Source: an uncultured delta proteobacterium (lineage in GTDB: Bacteria > Myxococcota_A > Polyangia > Haliangiales > Haliangiaceae). From it: a stretch of 64,000 nt of DNA. A program made the position numbers and the translations under genes. The DNA lies in assembly GCA_963848295.1 (NCBI GenBank), contig CAWKDB010000010.1:896001-960000 (forward strand), in the 5' to 3' direction. A model generated the notes under the pieces. That model had not been told where the DNA came from, did no database searches, and saw only the letters and a list, made by a program, of their open reading frames with translations. Numbering within the stretch: position 1 is the first letter of the stretch; the number at the start of each line of letters is the position of its first letter. Below are positions 43,224 through 53,263 of the stretch, piece by piece.

Positions 43224-44336
43224 CGAAACAGCCTCTTCATCAGATCGGGATCGTGACCGCCGTGCTTCTTGACGTGCTCGAGCAACTGCGCGGCCTCGAT
43301 GCACGACTCGTGGTGCGCGAGCGCGGTCTCGAGCTGCGATTGCGCGAGCATGAGCTCGCCGTCTTGCAACGCCGCGAGTGCGGTCGCGACGTAGTACAGC
43401 GAGCGCAGCGGCTTGGACGCGCGGGTACACGACGAGCGCGGCGGCGAGGACCTCGCGCGCGGTGCCGGAATCGCCTTGGCCGAGCATGACCCGAGCGCGT
43501 TGCTCGAACGCCTCGCCGCCCTGCGCGGTGCCGGGCGTGGGTTTCGCCGCGACGATCGGCGGCGCGGTCGGCATCCGGGATGGCGTCGGCTTCGGCGCCG
43601 AGCCACCGGCACTCGACATGTCCTCGAACCCGACGAGCCAGCCCGGCGGGGCGGTGAGCGAGCTGCCGATCACCGCGCGCCGGCCCTCGGCCACGAGCGC
43701 CTGGCGCAACCGATCGTAGGCGCGGTTCGCGAGGATCGTCAGCTCTTCGGCGAGGTGCGACAGCGCGGGCGCGTTGAGCCGCGCGACGAGATCCGGATGA
43801 TGCCGGCGGATCAGGTTCTTCCAGCTCGCGCGAATCTCCTCGGGCTCGGCTTCGCGGCTGACGCCGAGCACCTCGTGCACCGCCGCCTGGCGCAGCCGGC
43901 GCAGCTCGCCGGATAGCTGTTGGAACAGCTCGCGCTCGTCGGTGCGCATCTCCTCGGTGGCGATCCGCGGCGACGTGCGTTGCGCCGGAGGTGCGACGAT
44001 GATCTGGATCTCTTCGTCGGGCTCGGCCTCGCCCGCGGCCATCGCGGTGATCCGGTGGCGAACGTCATCGGTGAAGCCGGTGAGCTCGAGCTCGATCCAG
44101 GTCTTGCCGCTCGGCTTGCCTTCCGCTTCGATCGGGGACGCGCGCATCACGGTGCCGTCGATCGCGATCACGACTTGGTTCGGCAGCTCCAAGCCGAGCG
44201 TGACCGGGGCGCCGATCTCGGTCTGAAACGGTACGCGCATCGACAGCAGCTTGCCCTTGCGCAGCTTGCGCGTACAAAACACATCGACCTGCTCCCAGGT
44301 CGTGCACTTCACGTGGAGCGTCCTCGCCGTTGCCAT
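43220..44336 (-). CDS. PilZ-like/J-domain/TPR co-chaperone (copy A), frameshift near 43420
   Basis: HEVLGV...HHPD...NRAYDRL J domain; N-terminal beta-barrel-like region similar to 56822; TPR-like end in ORF 43220..43612. Confidence 0.85.
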
Positions 44337-44344
44337 CGGCCCGG

Positions 44345-46672
44345 CTACCTCGGCTTCTTGTCGGGCTTCGCGTGCGGATCGGGAGCGAGCTCGACGGCAT
44401 GGTCGAGCTCCGGCTTCTTCTTCGCCGCGATCAGCGGCGTCTTCGGATCGCCGCCGTCGCGCCACTCCTCGGGCGTGAACGTCGTGAACCCGGGCAAGAA
44501 CCCATCTTTCAACACGCGAACTTCGTACGGCAACCCCGCCTGGAGGCCGGTGAACTGGTCTTCGTCGGTCATCCCGATGTACATCCAGACTTCAGCGCCG
44601 GGCGGGCTCGATTCGATGTGGATCGGGCCGCGCCCGGGCGTGAACCCGGTCGCGTCGGGCGGCTTCGGCGGCATGGCCGGCAGCTTGTTCGCGCCCGGCT
44701 TCGCGGTCTTGTCGAGCGGCTTGAGCGTCACCGTGATCGACGCGTGGCGGTGCTCTTTGTCGTCGCCGGTCCAGTTGCTCGCGATGACTTGCGCATCGAC
44801 CGGCATGTAGCCGTCGACGTTCTCGACCCGGATCTCGTGCATCATCTCCGACGACAGCGGCATCGTGTCGACCGGCGTGCGGCCGATCTTCAACCACACG
44901 CCGGCCTGGGTCGGCGTCGACGTCACCTTGATCGCCCCGGCCGTCATCGATCGATCCGCCTGCTGGGCCGCGAGCTTTTCTTGGTCCTCGGCCGCCGCCT
45001 TCGCCTCATCCGACTTCTGCTTGTCGGTCTGGTTCTTGTCTTCTTGCAGGTTGTACTGGCGATAGACCCAGTAGCCGACGCCGGCGAGCACGATCAGCGC
45101 GATCACGCCGGGTATACGGCTCTTGAGCCGCGGCGGCGTGTAATCGTCGACGACGATGTCGGGCATCGGGAGCGCGCGCGGCTTCGGCTTCGGGACATCG
45201 AGGATGTCGCCGGTGCTCGCTCGCGGAGCGCCGCCGGTTTCGGCTCGGGTCGCCGCCGCCTCGGCGCGCGCCGCGGCTTTCTCGAGCTTCTCGACCGCGA
45301 CGGTCGCAGCCTCGGCCGCGCTCGACACGCGCCTCGCACCTTGATCGAGCTCGCCGATCGCGGCAAACGCCGCGGCTTCGTCCGCCGAGCCCGCTCGCGG
45401 GGAGCTCTGCGCGCGCGGCGACACGGTCGGGCGATTGCGCCGGATCTCGAGCTCGGGATCGTGCGCTGGCACGGGTGCCGGCAGCGGCGTGACGTCGTCC
45501 GGATCGTCGAGCGACGGCACGCGCGCGCTCGACACGATCGCTTCGCGTTTACGCGGATCGAGGCGGATCAGCTCCGAGATCGGATCGCGCGAATCGGCGC
45601 TTCGTCGACGTACGTGACGTTGGTCTGGTCGTCGAGATCGGCGAGCAGCGCGTCGAGCCGACCGCCGGTCTTCGGCGATCCGGCCGGCGTCTTTTGCCGC
45701 GCGTTGATCTGCTCGGCGCGCATCTCCATGCTCGCGCGCAACGGCGAGACCTGGACGTTGCTCGACGACGAGCCGAGCGACGCGAGCAGATCCTCGGTCG
45801 CTTCGTCGACGTTCGAGTCGGGCCGCGACAGGCCGGCCTCGCGGATCAGCTCGTTGCGCTCCGCGATGTCCCAGCGGTCGTCTTCGATCGCCTCGAGCAA
45901 GTTCTCGAGCAAGTCGCCCGCGTTCTTGTAGCGGCGCAGCACGTCGGTATCGAGCGCGCGCTGGACGAGCCGCTCGACCGCGGGCGTGACCCGCAGCGAG
46001 CCCGGCGGGACCTCGCCCGACAGCATCGTGAACAGCATCGCGCCGACACGCGAACACGTCGGCGGCCGGCGTCGGGTCTTCGCCGACGACGAGCTCGGGC
46101 GCGATGTAGCCGGCGAGCCCGCGCCACATCGCGGAGTCGGCGCCCTGGGCGACAGCCGTGGTGAGCGCTCGCCCGACGACGAAGTCGCCTAGCCGCACGC
46201 TGCCGTCTTCGTCGACCAGCACGCTGCGCGGGTGGACTGCGCCATGGACCACGCCGAGTCGATGCGCGGCGGCGAGCGCTTCGACCACCGACTTGCCGAT
46301 CGCGGCGGCGACCGGCAGCGAGAGCTTGCCGCCTTGCTTGCTGCGCGAGCGCGCTGCGGTGATCAGATCCTGGACCGTGACGTAGCGACCGCCGCCGCGC
46401 GTGACGACGACGACATCGGGGCCGCCCGCCTCGACACCCACGGTCGGCACGATGTTCGGGTGCTCGAGCCCGAGGATCTTTGCGGTCGTCTTGGTATCGG
46501 TCAGCGGGACGCGGAACGAGCTCTCCGCGAGCATCTTCGGGTCGATGACGAGCCCGCGCAGGTTGCGTTGGCCGTTGAACTGGGCGCGATGGATCGCGCC
46601 GTACATCGTGATCGCGAGTCGCTCGCTTAGCACGACGCCGGCGATAATCTGCTCGGCCGCTTGGCCACCCAC
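44345..46672 (-). CDS. Membrane-anchored Ser/Thr pseudokinase with C-terminal PEGA-like domains (frameshifts near 46050 and 45600)
   Basis: HPNIV and YIAPE retained, but HGAVHPRS replaces HRDLKPxN and DFV replaces DFG; TM IALIVLAGVGYWVY; VTSTP..A.V and IESSPPGAEV repeats. Confidence 0.85.
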   Translation of the reverse strand: MGGQAAEQIIAGVVLSERLAITMYGAIHRAQFNGQRNLRGLVIDPKMLAESSFRVPLTDTKTTAKILGLEHPNIVPTVGVEAGGPDVVVVTRGGGRYVTVQDLITAARSRSKQGGKLSLPVAAAIGKSVVEALAAAHRLGVVHGAVHPRSVLVDEDGSVRLGDFVVGRALTTAVAQGADSAMWRGLAGYIAPELVVGEDPTPAADVFACRRDAVHDAVGRGPAGLAAGHARGRAARPARARYRRAAPLQERGRLARELARGDRRRPLGHRGAQRADPRGRPVAARLERRRSDRGSARVARLVVEQRPGLAVAREHGDARRADQRAAKDAGRIAEDRRSARRAARRSRRPDQRHVRRRSADSRDPISELIRLDPRKREAIVSSARVPSLDDPDDVTPLPAPVPAHDPELEIRRNRPTVSPRAQSSPRAGSADEAAAFAAIGELDQGARRVSSAAEAATVAVEKLEKAAARAEAAATRAETGGAPRASTGDILDVPKPKPRALPMPDIVVDDYTPPRLKSRIPGVIALIVLAGVGYWVYRQYNLQEDKNQTDKQKSDEAKAAAEDQEKLAAQQADRSMTAGAIKVTSTPTQAGVWLKIGRTPVDTMPLSSEMMHEIRVENVDGYMPVDAQVIASNWTGDDKEHRHASITVTLKPLDKTAKPGANKLPAMPPKPPDATGFTPGRGPIHIESSPPGAEVWMYIGMTDEDQFTGLQAGLPYEVRVLKDGFLPGFTTFTPEEWRDGGDPKTPLIAAKKKPELDHAVELAPDPHAKPDKKPR

Positions 46673-46679
46673 GCCGTAA

Positions 46680-47567
46680 CTATAGCCGGAACTGCAGCTC
46701 GATCCACGGCTCGGCGAACAGGAAGAACACCGCCGCGACCGCTAAAAACGGCCCAAACGGCAGCTCGGTCTTCATCAGCGAGGGCTCGGCATCGTCGGCT
46801 TCGGCCTGTGGAGGCGCGGCCTTGCCCCGAGCGCGCGCGGCGGCGATCGCGGCGATGCCGATGACCGAGCCGACGATCGAGCCGCCGAACAGCGACACGA
46901 CGACGCCGCGCCAGCCGAGCAGCGCGCCGACCATCGCGAGCAAGTCGGCATCGCCGAGCCCCAGCCCCTCGCGGCCGGTGACGCGAAAGTAGATCTCGCC
47001 GATCAGCCACGGCACGCCGAACCCGACCCCGGCGCCGATCAGGCCGTCGAGCCAGGGCCGATGCTCGCACAGCCCGAGCACGTAGAACACGATCGTCGAC
47101 GGCACCGTGAGCTTGCGCAGGATCAGCTTGGTATCGAGGTCGATGAACGTCACGATCACCATCACGACGACAAACGCGGCGTCGATGCCGAAATGAACGA
47201 GCCGCGCATCCAACGGCTCGAACCGGGCAGCGGCCACGACCGCGAACCACCACGCGACCCCGAACAGCGCGCCGGTGAGCGCTTCGACGACCAGATACCG
47301 GGGCGAAAACTCGGCCTTGCAGTCGCGGCACCGCCCGCGCAGCCACAGATAGCTGAGCAGCGGCACGTTGTCGTACCAGCGGACCGGCGCCTTGCACGCG
47401 AAGCAGTGCGAGCCCGGCGCGACCACCGACCTGCCCTTCGGGTGATCGTCGGTCGGCGGCCACCGATAGATGCAGACGTTCGCGAAGCTGCCCCACAACA
47501 GGCCCAGGCCCACCGCGAACGCATACGCGGCGAGCGACGTCACCAGGGGTTCGAGCTCGCTCAGCAC
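46680..47567 (-). CDS. pilD: Prepilin peptidase/N-methyltransferase (A24)
   Basis: GSFANVCIYR, CFAC...YDNVP..SY..LRGRCRDC, FIDLD, GLGD, PFGPFL. Confidence 0.96.
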   Translation of the reverse strand: MLSELEPLVTSLAAYAFAVGLGLLWGSFANVCIYRWPPTDDHPKGRSVVAPGSHCFACKAPVRWYDNVPLLSYLWLRGRCRDCKAEFSPRYLVVEALTGALFGVAWWFAVVAAARFEPLDARLVHFGIDAAFVVVMVIVTFIDLDTKLILRKLTVPSTIVFYVLGLCEHRPWLDGLIGAGVGFGVPWLIGEIYFRVTGREGLGLGDADLLAMVGALLGWRGVVVSLFGGSIVGSVIGIAAIAAARARGKAAPPQAEADDAEPSLMKTELPFGPFLAVAAVFFLFAEPWIELQFRL

Positions 47568-47627
47568 GCGCCTCGCCAACGGTAGCGTGGTTGACCTCGG
47601 CCGTCGAGAAAGCTAAGAACTCGGGAC

Positions 47628-48566
47628 ATGTTCCGCGCCGCGATCGCTTGCCTGGCCCTGTGTGCCGGGGCGTGCGGCCGATCCGAGCCCGTACCGGACC
47701 GCGACCTCGGAGGGCTCGTGCTGTCGCCGAAGACGACGGCCGATCCGATCGATGTCGCGCGGGCCGCTGCCGAACCGGCGGAGCTCGGGCGCGCGCTCGG
47801 CTTGCCGCTGCACGCGGTGAGCGGTGCGCTCGGACCGGTCGCCGTCACGATCGACACGACGACCGAGGTCAGCGAGGCCGACAAGGTCGTCGACTCGCTG
47901 TCCGATCACACCGCGGTCGAGCTGGGCGAGCTCGGCAAGGGCGAGTTCCACGCGCTGTACACGAACTCCGCTGACTACGGACGCGAAGTGTCGTTCGTCG
48001 GCGGGGCGTTGTACCTGCGACCGCGCTATCAGAAGTGGCATCAGCGCGCGCCGGAGGCGTCCGACGAGCCGAAGACGCTCGCCGACTCGTTCTACCAGCC
48101 GATCGCCGCGGCGTGGGATCTGCTCGCACCCGGCGCCGAGCTCGTCGACGGTGGCGCGGTGACGGTCGGCGGGCGCAAGGGCCGCAAGATCGTCGTCAAG
48201 CGCGCGGCCGAGCCGCGCAAGCCGGAGCCCGAGCCGCTCGCGCAGCGCAAGTGGCGCGAAGGCCGGCTCGTCGACGCGGTCGACGGCGAGATCGTGCTCG
48301 ATGCGGACAAGGGCGTGCCGCTCACCGTGAACCTCACCGGCGCGGTGTCGTTTCAACGCGATGGCCGGCGGTTCTCGATGAAGCTGAGTGTCAAGGCCGA
48401 GCTGTCCGCGATCGGAACCGCGGCGACGATCGCGGTGCCCGGCAGCGACGAGGTCGTCGCGACCCCGGAGCGAATGCGCGAGGTCGACGACCGCGACATG
48501 TTGTTGCAAGGCATCGCGCCGCCGACGCATCACGACGGCCCGGCGAAACCCGCAGTGCCGAAATGA
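47628..48566 (+). CDS. Lipoprotein, possibly LolA/LppX-like fold
   Basis: Lipobox AGAC; alternating beta-strand pattern ending in IAVP; fold is an inference. Confidence 0.7.
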   Translation: MFRAAIACLALCAGACGRSEPVPDRDLGGLVLSPKTTADPIDVARAAAEPAELGRALGLPLHAVSGALGPVAVTIDTTTEVSEADKVVDSLSDHTAVELGELGKGEFHALYTNSADYGREVSFVGGALYLRPRYQKWHQRAPEASDEPKTLADSFYQPIAAAWDLLAPGAELVDGGAVTVGGRKGRKIVVKRAAEPRKPEPEPLAQRKWREGRLVDAVDGEIVLDADKGVPLTVNLTGAVSFQRDGRRFSMKLSVKAELSAIGTAATIAVPGSDEVVATPERMREVDDRDMLLQGIAPPTHHDGPAKPAVPK

Positions 48567-49372
48567 CCGCGCTCACGCTGCGGCGCGACTACCTCGTCGG
48601 GCAACGCCGCTCGATCATCGCGCGCGCCCTGCTCGGCAGCATCGCCGGCGCGGTGCCGGTGCCGTTCCTCGACGACTGGGCGGTCGGCGCGATCATCGGC
48701 GGAGGCTACAAGCGGATCGCGACCGCGCATCACGTCGACCTCGATCGCGATGCGGAGAAGACGCTCGTCCACGGCACGACCGCGCCGCCATCGCTCATCG
48801 ATCTCGCCGCGGGTGGCCTCGCGTTTCGGCTCGCCGGTCGCGCCGCCCGCCGGATGATGTTCGCGCTCGCGACCGTCAATCGCGCGCGCTCCGCGGCCCG
48901 CACGTTCGTGTCGATGACGCTGTTCGACCACTACTGCGCGAAGCTGCACACCGGCCTGGCGATCGACAACGCCACCGCGCTCGCGCTGCGTGAAGAGATC
49001 GGCCGTACGATCGACAACACGCCGGGCGCGCTCGTGGCCAAGCCGTTCCGGCGCGGCGCGTTGTCTGCGGCGAAGGCGACGCTGCGCGCGCCCCTCGAGC
49101 TCGCCGATCTCGCGACCGGCGGCCGGGTCCGCAAGTTGCTCGCGAAGCGCAGCTCGGTGACCGAAGCGGAGCGCGTCGACGAGCTCGAGCACGCGATGGA
49201 GACCGCGCTCGCCGAGAACCGCGGGTTCTTGTCGCGTACCGTCGCGGCGGTCGAGACCCAGCTGTCGGCCGAAGCGAACCCGTTTCTCGACGCCGCGCTC
49301 GAGTCGTTCGAACGCCGGTGGCGCGCGCGGGTCGCCGCCGGCACCACGCGCTCCGAGCCGGTCAAGCCTTGA
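48563..49372 (+). CDS. Hypothetical helical protein (DUF697-like N-terminus)
   Basis: ATGA overlap with the upstream gene; AGAVPVPFLDD motif. Confidence 0.65.
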   Translation: MTALTLRRDYLVGQRRSIIARALLGSIAGAVPVPFLDDWAVGAIIGGGYKRIATAHHVDLDRDAEKTLVHGTTAPPSLIDLAAGGLAFRLAGRAARRMMFALATVNRARSAARTFVSMTLFDHYCAKLHTGLAIDNATALALREEIGRTIDNTPGALVAKPFRRGALSAAKATLRAPLELADLATGGRVRKLLAKRSSVTEAERVDELEHAMETALAENRGFLSRTVAAVETQLSAEANPFLDAALESFERRWRARVAAGTTRSEPVKP

Positions 49373-50466
49373 CGGAGCGCGCGAAGCTGCAAGCGGCCCG
49401 CCGCGTCGTCGTCAAGCTCGGTAGCCGGTTGCTCGCGGAAGCGCCGGCGAGCCGGCCGGCGACGATCGCGGACCAAGTAGCGCGCCTGCGCACCCGCGGC
49501 GTGGAGGTCGTCGTGGTCTCGTCGGGCGCGATCGCGCTCGGCGTCAAGCGGCTCGGGCTCGCGGCGCGCCCGCACGAGCTGCCGGGCTTGCAAGCCGCCG
49601 CCGCGGTCGGCCAGTCGCAGTTGATGCAGCACTGGGAGCACGCGTTCGCGCCGCACGGGCTCGCGATCGGCCAGGTGCTCGTCACCCACGACGACCTCGG
49701 CGATCGCCGGCGGTTCCTGTCGGCGCGGCTGACGCTGCGCGCGCTGCTCGATCACGGCGTCGTGCCGATCATCAACGAGAACGACACGGTCGCGACCGAG
49801 GAGATCAAGTTCGGCGACAACGATCAGCTCGCGGCGCTCGTTTGCAACCTGGTGTCGGCCGACGCGCTCGTGATCCTGACCGACGTCGAAGGCGTGCGCG
49901 ATGCGACCGGCGTGCGAATCCCGATCGTGCGCGACATCGATCGCGAAGCCGCACCGGTCGCCGGCACGTCGACGTCCGACGGCGTCGGCTCGGGCGGCAT
50001 GGCCTCGAAGGTCGGCTCCGCGCGGATCGCGACGCGCACCGGCGTGCCGGTCATCGTCGCACCCGGGCGCGAGCCCGACGTGATCACACGCGTGCTCGCG
50101 GGCGACGACGTCGGAACGTTGTTCGTGCCGACCGCCGGCGCGATGTCGAGCCGCAAGCATTGGATCGCGTTCGGCTCGCGCGCCGCCGGGACGATCGTCG
50201 TCGACGGTGGCGCGGCATCCGCGCTCGCTCGCGGCGGCAAGAGCTTGTTACCGGCCGGTATCGTCGCGGTCGATGGCGACTTCGAGCTCGGCGACACCGT
50301 CGAGATCGCGGGCCAGGACCGCCGTGCGTTCGCGCGTGGGCTCGTCGCTTACTCCGCCTCCGACCTGCGCAGGATCCGGGGCTTGCAATCGGCCGCTATC
50401 GAGGCCACGCTCGGATACAGGAGCATCGACGAAGCGATCCACCGCGATGACCTCGTGATCTTGTGA
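49369..50466 (+). CDS. proB: Glutamate 5-kinase with PUA domain
   Basis: VVKLGS, VSSGAI, INENDTV, FGDND, GSGGMASK, SLLPAGI, IHRDDL. Confidence 0.97.
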   Translation: MTERAKLQAARRVVVKLGSRLLAEAPASRPATIADQVARLRTRGVEVVVVSSGAIALGVKRLGLAARPHELPGLQAAAAVGQSQLMQHWEHAFAPHGLAIGQVLVTHDDLGDRRRFLSARLTLRALLDHGVVPIINENDTVATEEIKFGDNDQLAALVCNLVSADALVILTDVEGVRDATGVRIPIVRDIDREAAPVAGTSTSDGVGSGGMASKVGSARIATRTGVPVIVAPGREPDVITRVLAGDDVGTLFVPTAGAMSSRKHWIAFGSRAAGTIVVDGGAASALARGGKSLLPAGIVAVDGDFELGDTVEIAGQDRRAFARGLVAYSASDLRRIRGLQSAAIEATLGYRSIDEAIHRDDLVIL

Positions 50467-50473
50467 TCGAATC

Positions 50474-51748
50474 GTGATCGACCGCCAACCGAGCCCCTCG
50501 ACACCGACGATGCGTCGGGTAGCCGAAGCGGCGCGCAGCGCATCGAGGATCGTCGCGAAGTTGTCGCCCGCGCAGCGCACGGCTGGGCTCGTCGCGATCG
50601 CCGACGCGATCGCCGCTCACCGCAAAGACATCCTCGGGGCGAACGACCGCGATCTCGACGCCGCCGAACGCTCGGGCCTATCCGCGGCGATGCTCGATCG
50701 GCTCGAGCTCGATGACGCGCGCGTCGACGGTCTGGTCCGCGCGGTGCGCGAGATCGCCGCCGCTCCCGATCCGCTCGGTAAGGTCGAGCACAAAGAGCTG
50801 CGCCCGAACGGCCTCGAGGTCAGCCGCGTCCGCATCCCGCTCGGCGTGATCGCGATGATCTACGAGGCGCGGCCGAACGTCACGACCGATGCCGCCGCGC
50901 TGTGCCTCAAGGCCGGCAATGCCTGCATCTTGCGCGGCGGTCGCGAGGCGATCGAGAGCAATCGCGCGCTGGCCGCGGCGGTGCAAGCGGGCCTACTGCG
51001 CGCCGGGTTGCCGGCCGACGCGGTCCAGCTCGTGTCGGTGACCGACCGAGAGGCGATCAAAGAGCTCGTCGTGCTCGATGACCTGATCGATCTCTGCATC
51101 CCGCGGGGCGGCGAGGGATTGATCCGGTTCGTCGCCGAGCACGCGCGCGTCCCGGTGATCAAGCATTACAAAGGCGTGTGTCACGTCTACGTCCACGCCG
51201 CCGCCGACCTCGAGATGGCCGCCGCGATCGTCGAGAACGCGAAGGTGTCGCGCCCGGGCGTGTGCAACGCGTGCGAGACCGTGCTGATCGACCGCGCGAT
51301 CGCCGCGACGTTCGTCCCGGCGCTCGTCACCCGGCTCGCCCCGAAAGTCGAGCTCCGCGGCGACGACGTCACGCGCGCGCTCGCCGGGCGCGACCTCGAA
51401 GCGGCGACCGAAGCAGACTGGTCGGCCGAATATCTCGATCTCATCCTCGCGGTGCGCGTCGTCGACGACCTGGCCGCCGCGGTCGCCCACATCGAGCGCT
51501 ACGGTTCGAGCCACACCGAGGCGATCGTGACCTCCGATCGCGCGGTCGCCGAGCAGTTCCTGCGCGAGGTCGACTCGTCGACCGTGCTGGTCAACGCGTC
51601 GACCCGGTTCGCCGATGGCGGCGAGCTCGGGCTCGGCGCCGAGATCGGAATCTCGACGACCCGGCTCCACGCCTACGGTCCGATGGGTGCAGAAGGCCTC
51701 ACGACCACGAAGTTTGTCGTCCGCGGTGCTGGACAGGTTCGCACCTAG
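50474..51748 (+). CDS. proA: Gamma-glutamyl phosphate reductase
   Basis: IYEARPNVT, PRGGEGLI, CNACET, NASTRFADG, EIGIST. Confidence 0.98.
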   Translation: MIDRQPSPSTPTMRRVAEAARSASRIVAKLSPAQRTAGLVAIADAIAAHRKDILGANDRDLDAAERSGLSAAMLDRLELDDARVDGLVRAVREIAAAPDPLGKVEHKELRPNGLEVSRVRIPLGVIAMIYEARPNVTTDAAALCLKAGNACILRGGREAIESNRALAAAVQAGLLRAGLPADAVQLVSVTDREAIKELVVLDDLIDLCIPRGGEGLIRFVAEHARVPVIKHYKGVCHVYVHAAADLEMAAAIVENAKVSRPGVCNACETVLIDRAIAATFVPALVTRLAPKVELRGDDVTRALAGRDLEAATEADWSAEYLDLILAVRVVDDLAAAVAHIERYGSSHTEAIVTSDRAVAEQFLREVDSSTVLVNASTRFADGGELGLGAEIGISTTRLHAYGPMGAEGLTTTKFVVRGAGQVRT

Positions 51749-51779
51749 CCGCGGTAGAAAGGGACGGTCGACGCGACGC

Positions 51780-52250
51780 ATGACGAGCAAGAAGAGCGCA
51801 GCCAAAGGCCACGGCAAATCCTCCGCGACTCGCGGGCGAGTATCGACCACCTCCAACGAAGGCCTCGAGGGCGCGCTCCGCGCACTCGACCTCGCGCTCG
51901 ACAAGAAGGCGCTCGAGCCGGTGCTGCTCGATGTCCGCGAGCTGTGCTCGTTCTGCAACTACCAGCTCGTGATCTCCGGCAAGTCGGATCGCCAGGTCGA
52001 CTCGATCGCCGATGCGATCTCGGTCGGGCTCAAGGCCGAAGGCCTGCGCGTGATCGGCTCGGAGGGCGCGCGCACCGGCCAATGGGCGCTGCTCGACTTC
52101 GGCGACTTCGTCGTCCACGTATTTTTGCATAGCGTGCGCGAGCATTACGATCTCGAAGGGCTGTGGAACGACGCGCCGCGCGTGCCGATCGAAGTGCCCG
52201 CCGACGCCCGGCTGCCGGCTGACGATCAGTACGACGCGACCTCGGCGTGA
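51780..52250 (+). CDS. rsfS: Ribosome silencing factor RsfS (Iojap)
   Basis: DKKA, S.RQV, WALLDFGDFVVHVF...REHYDLEGLW. Confidence 0.96.
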   Translation: MTSKKSAAKGHGKSSATRGRVSTTSNEGLEGALRALDLALDKKALEPVLLDVRELCSFCNYQLVISGKSDRQVDSIADAISVGLKAEGLRVIGSEGARTGQWALLDFGDFVVHVFLHSVREHYDLEGLWNDAPRVPIEVPADARLPADDQYDATSA

Positions 52251-52681
52251 CGCTGCGCGTGACCGTCGCGGCGGTCGGCCGGCTCAAGGAGCCGTACTTG
52301 GTCGCGGCGCAAGCCGAGTACACCAAGCGCCTCCGCCCGTTCTGCACATTAAGCGTGACCGAGGCCAAAGACGAGGCGGCGCTCGTCGCCTCGTTGCCGC
52401 CGACCGCGCACGTCTACGCGTTCGACGAGCGCGGCGAGTCGATCTCGAGCGCGCAGTTCGCGCAGCTACTCGAACGCGAGGCGTCGCACGGCGGTGGCGC
52501 GCCGATCGTGCTCGCGATCGGCGGACCGGACGGCCACTCCGATGCGCTCCGTGCGCGCGCGACCAAGCTGCTCGCATTCGGCAAGATGACGATCGCGCAT
52601 CGCCTCGTGCGCATACTGGTGCTCGAGCAGCTCTATCGCGGGTTCAAGATCGTGCGCGCCGAGCCGTATCACCGGGACTGA
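52247..52681 (+). CDS. rlmH: 23S rRNA (pseudouridine1915-N3)-methyltransferase
   Basis: AVGRLKE, DERG, IGGPDG, EQLYR...EPYH. Confidence 0.95.
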   Translation: MTLRVTVAAVGRLKEPYLVAAQAEYTKRLRPFCTLSVTEAKDEAALVASLPPTAHVYAFDERGESISSAQFAQLLEREASHGGGAPIVLAIGGPDGHSDALRARATKLLAFGKMTIAHRLVRILVLEQLYRGFKIVRAEPYHRD

Positions 52682-52683
52682 CG

Positions 52684-53235
52684 CTATAGCGACGCGAAGT
52701 CGTAGCCGACCGAGCCCATGATGCTGAACAGCGTCGAGCTCGTGCCGTCGCCGAGCTGTTCCGAGCCGGGCGACCAGAACCCGACCTTCGCCTCGACCTT
52801 GCCGATCTGATAGCCGGCGCCGACTTGGTAGTCGAGCTTGGCGTTCGTGGCTGACGTACCCATCCCGGATTCCGTGATGATCGACGCACCGAGCTCGGCA
52901 TCGACGAATAGGCCGGTCGTGCCGAGCTTGTACTTGGCGCCGACGAGGATCGGGAGGATGCCGAGCGAGATGCCGCCCATCGTTCCGAGATCGTAGAGAT
53001 AGCCGATCCGTCCGGTCGCGGCTAACGCAGCGGTGATTCCGTACTCGAAGCGGCCGTCGATCCCAGTCGCGAAGCTCGCCTCGTCGCGATAGTCGCCGAC
53101 CGGCAGTACGCCGATGACGTCGGCGCCGATCGTCTTCGAGCTCGGGCCGGCCTGCGGTGGATCGGCGTACGCGGGGCCCGCGCTCGTCGCGCCGGCGATC
53201 ATCACGGCAATGAACGATGTAGTGGTGCGATTCAT
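52684..53235 (-). CDS. Outer-membrane beta-barrel protein
   Basis: Signal peptide AYA-D, amphipathic strands, PILVGAKY, terminal VGYDF. Confidence 0.8.
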   Translation of the reverse strand: MNRTTTSFIAVMIAGATSAGPAYADPPQAGPSSKTIGADVIGVLPVGDYRDEASFATGIDGRFEYGITAALAATGRIGYLYDLGTMGGISLGILPILVGAKYKLGTTGLFVDAELGASIITESGMGTSATNAKLDYQVGAGYQIGKVEAKVGFWSPGSEQLGDGTSSTLFSIMGSVGYDFASL

Positions 53236-53247
53236 ATGGCCACTATC

Positions 53248-53263
53248 AGCACAGGTCGTGCCT
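53248..53263 (-). promoter_or_regulatory. Sigma54-type promoter of the OMP gene
   Basis: Minus strand AGGCACGACCTGTGCT matches TGGCACG-N4-TTGCW with GG-N10-GC spacing, 12 nt before ATG 53235. Confidence 0.6.

Noticed and set aside
41655..44465. Apparent single-chain PilZ-J-Hsp70 fusion (936-aa ORF)
   Set aside because: The joining segment is Arg-rich nonsense, while the alternative frame (43220..43612) continues the TPR and ends like paralog B. Hsp70 has its own ATG overlapping that stop, so this is best explained by one indel near 43420.
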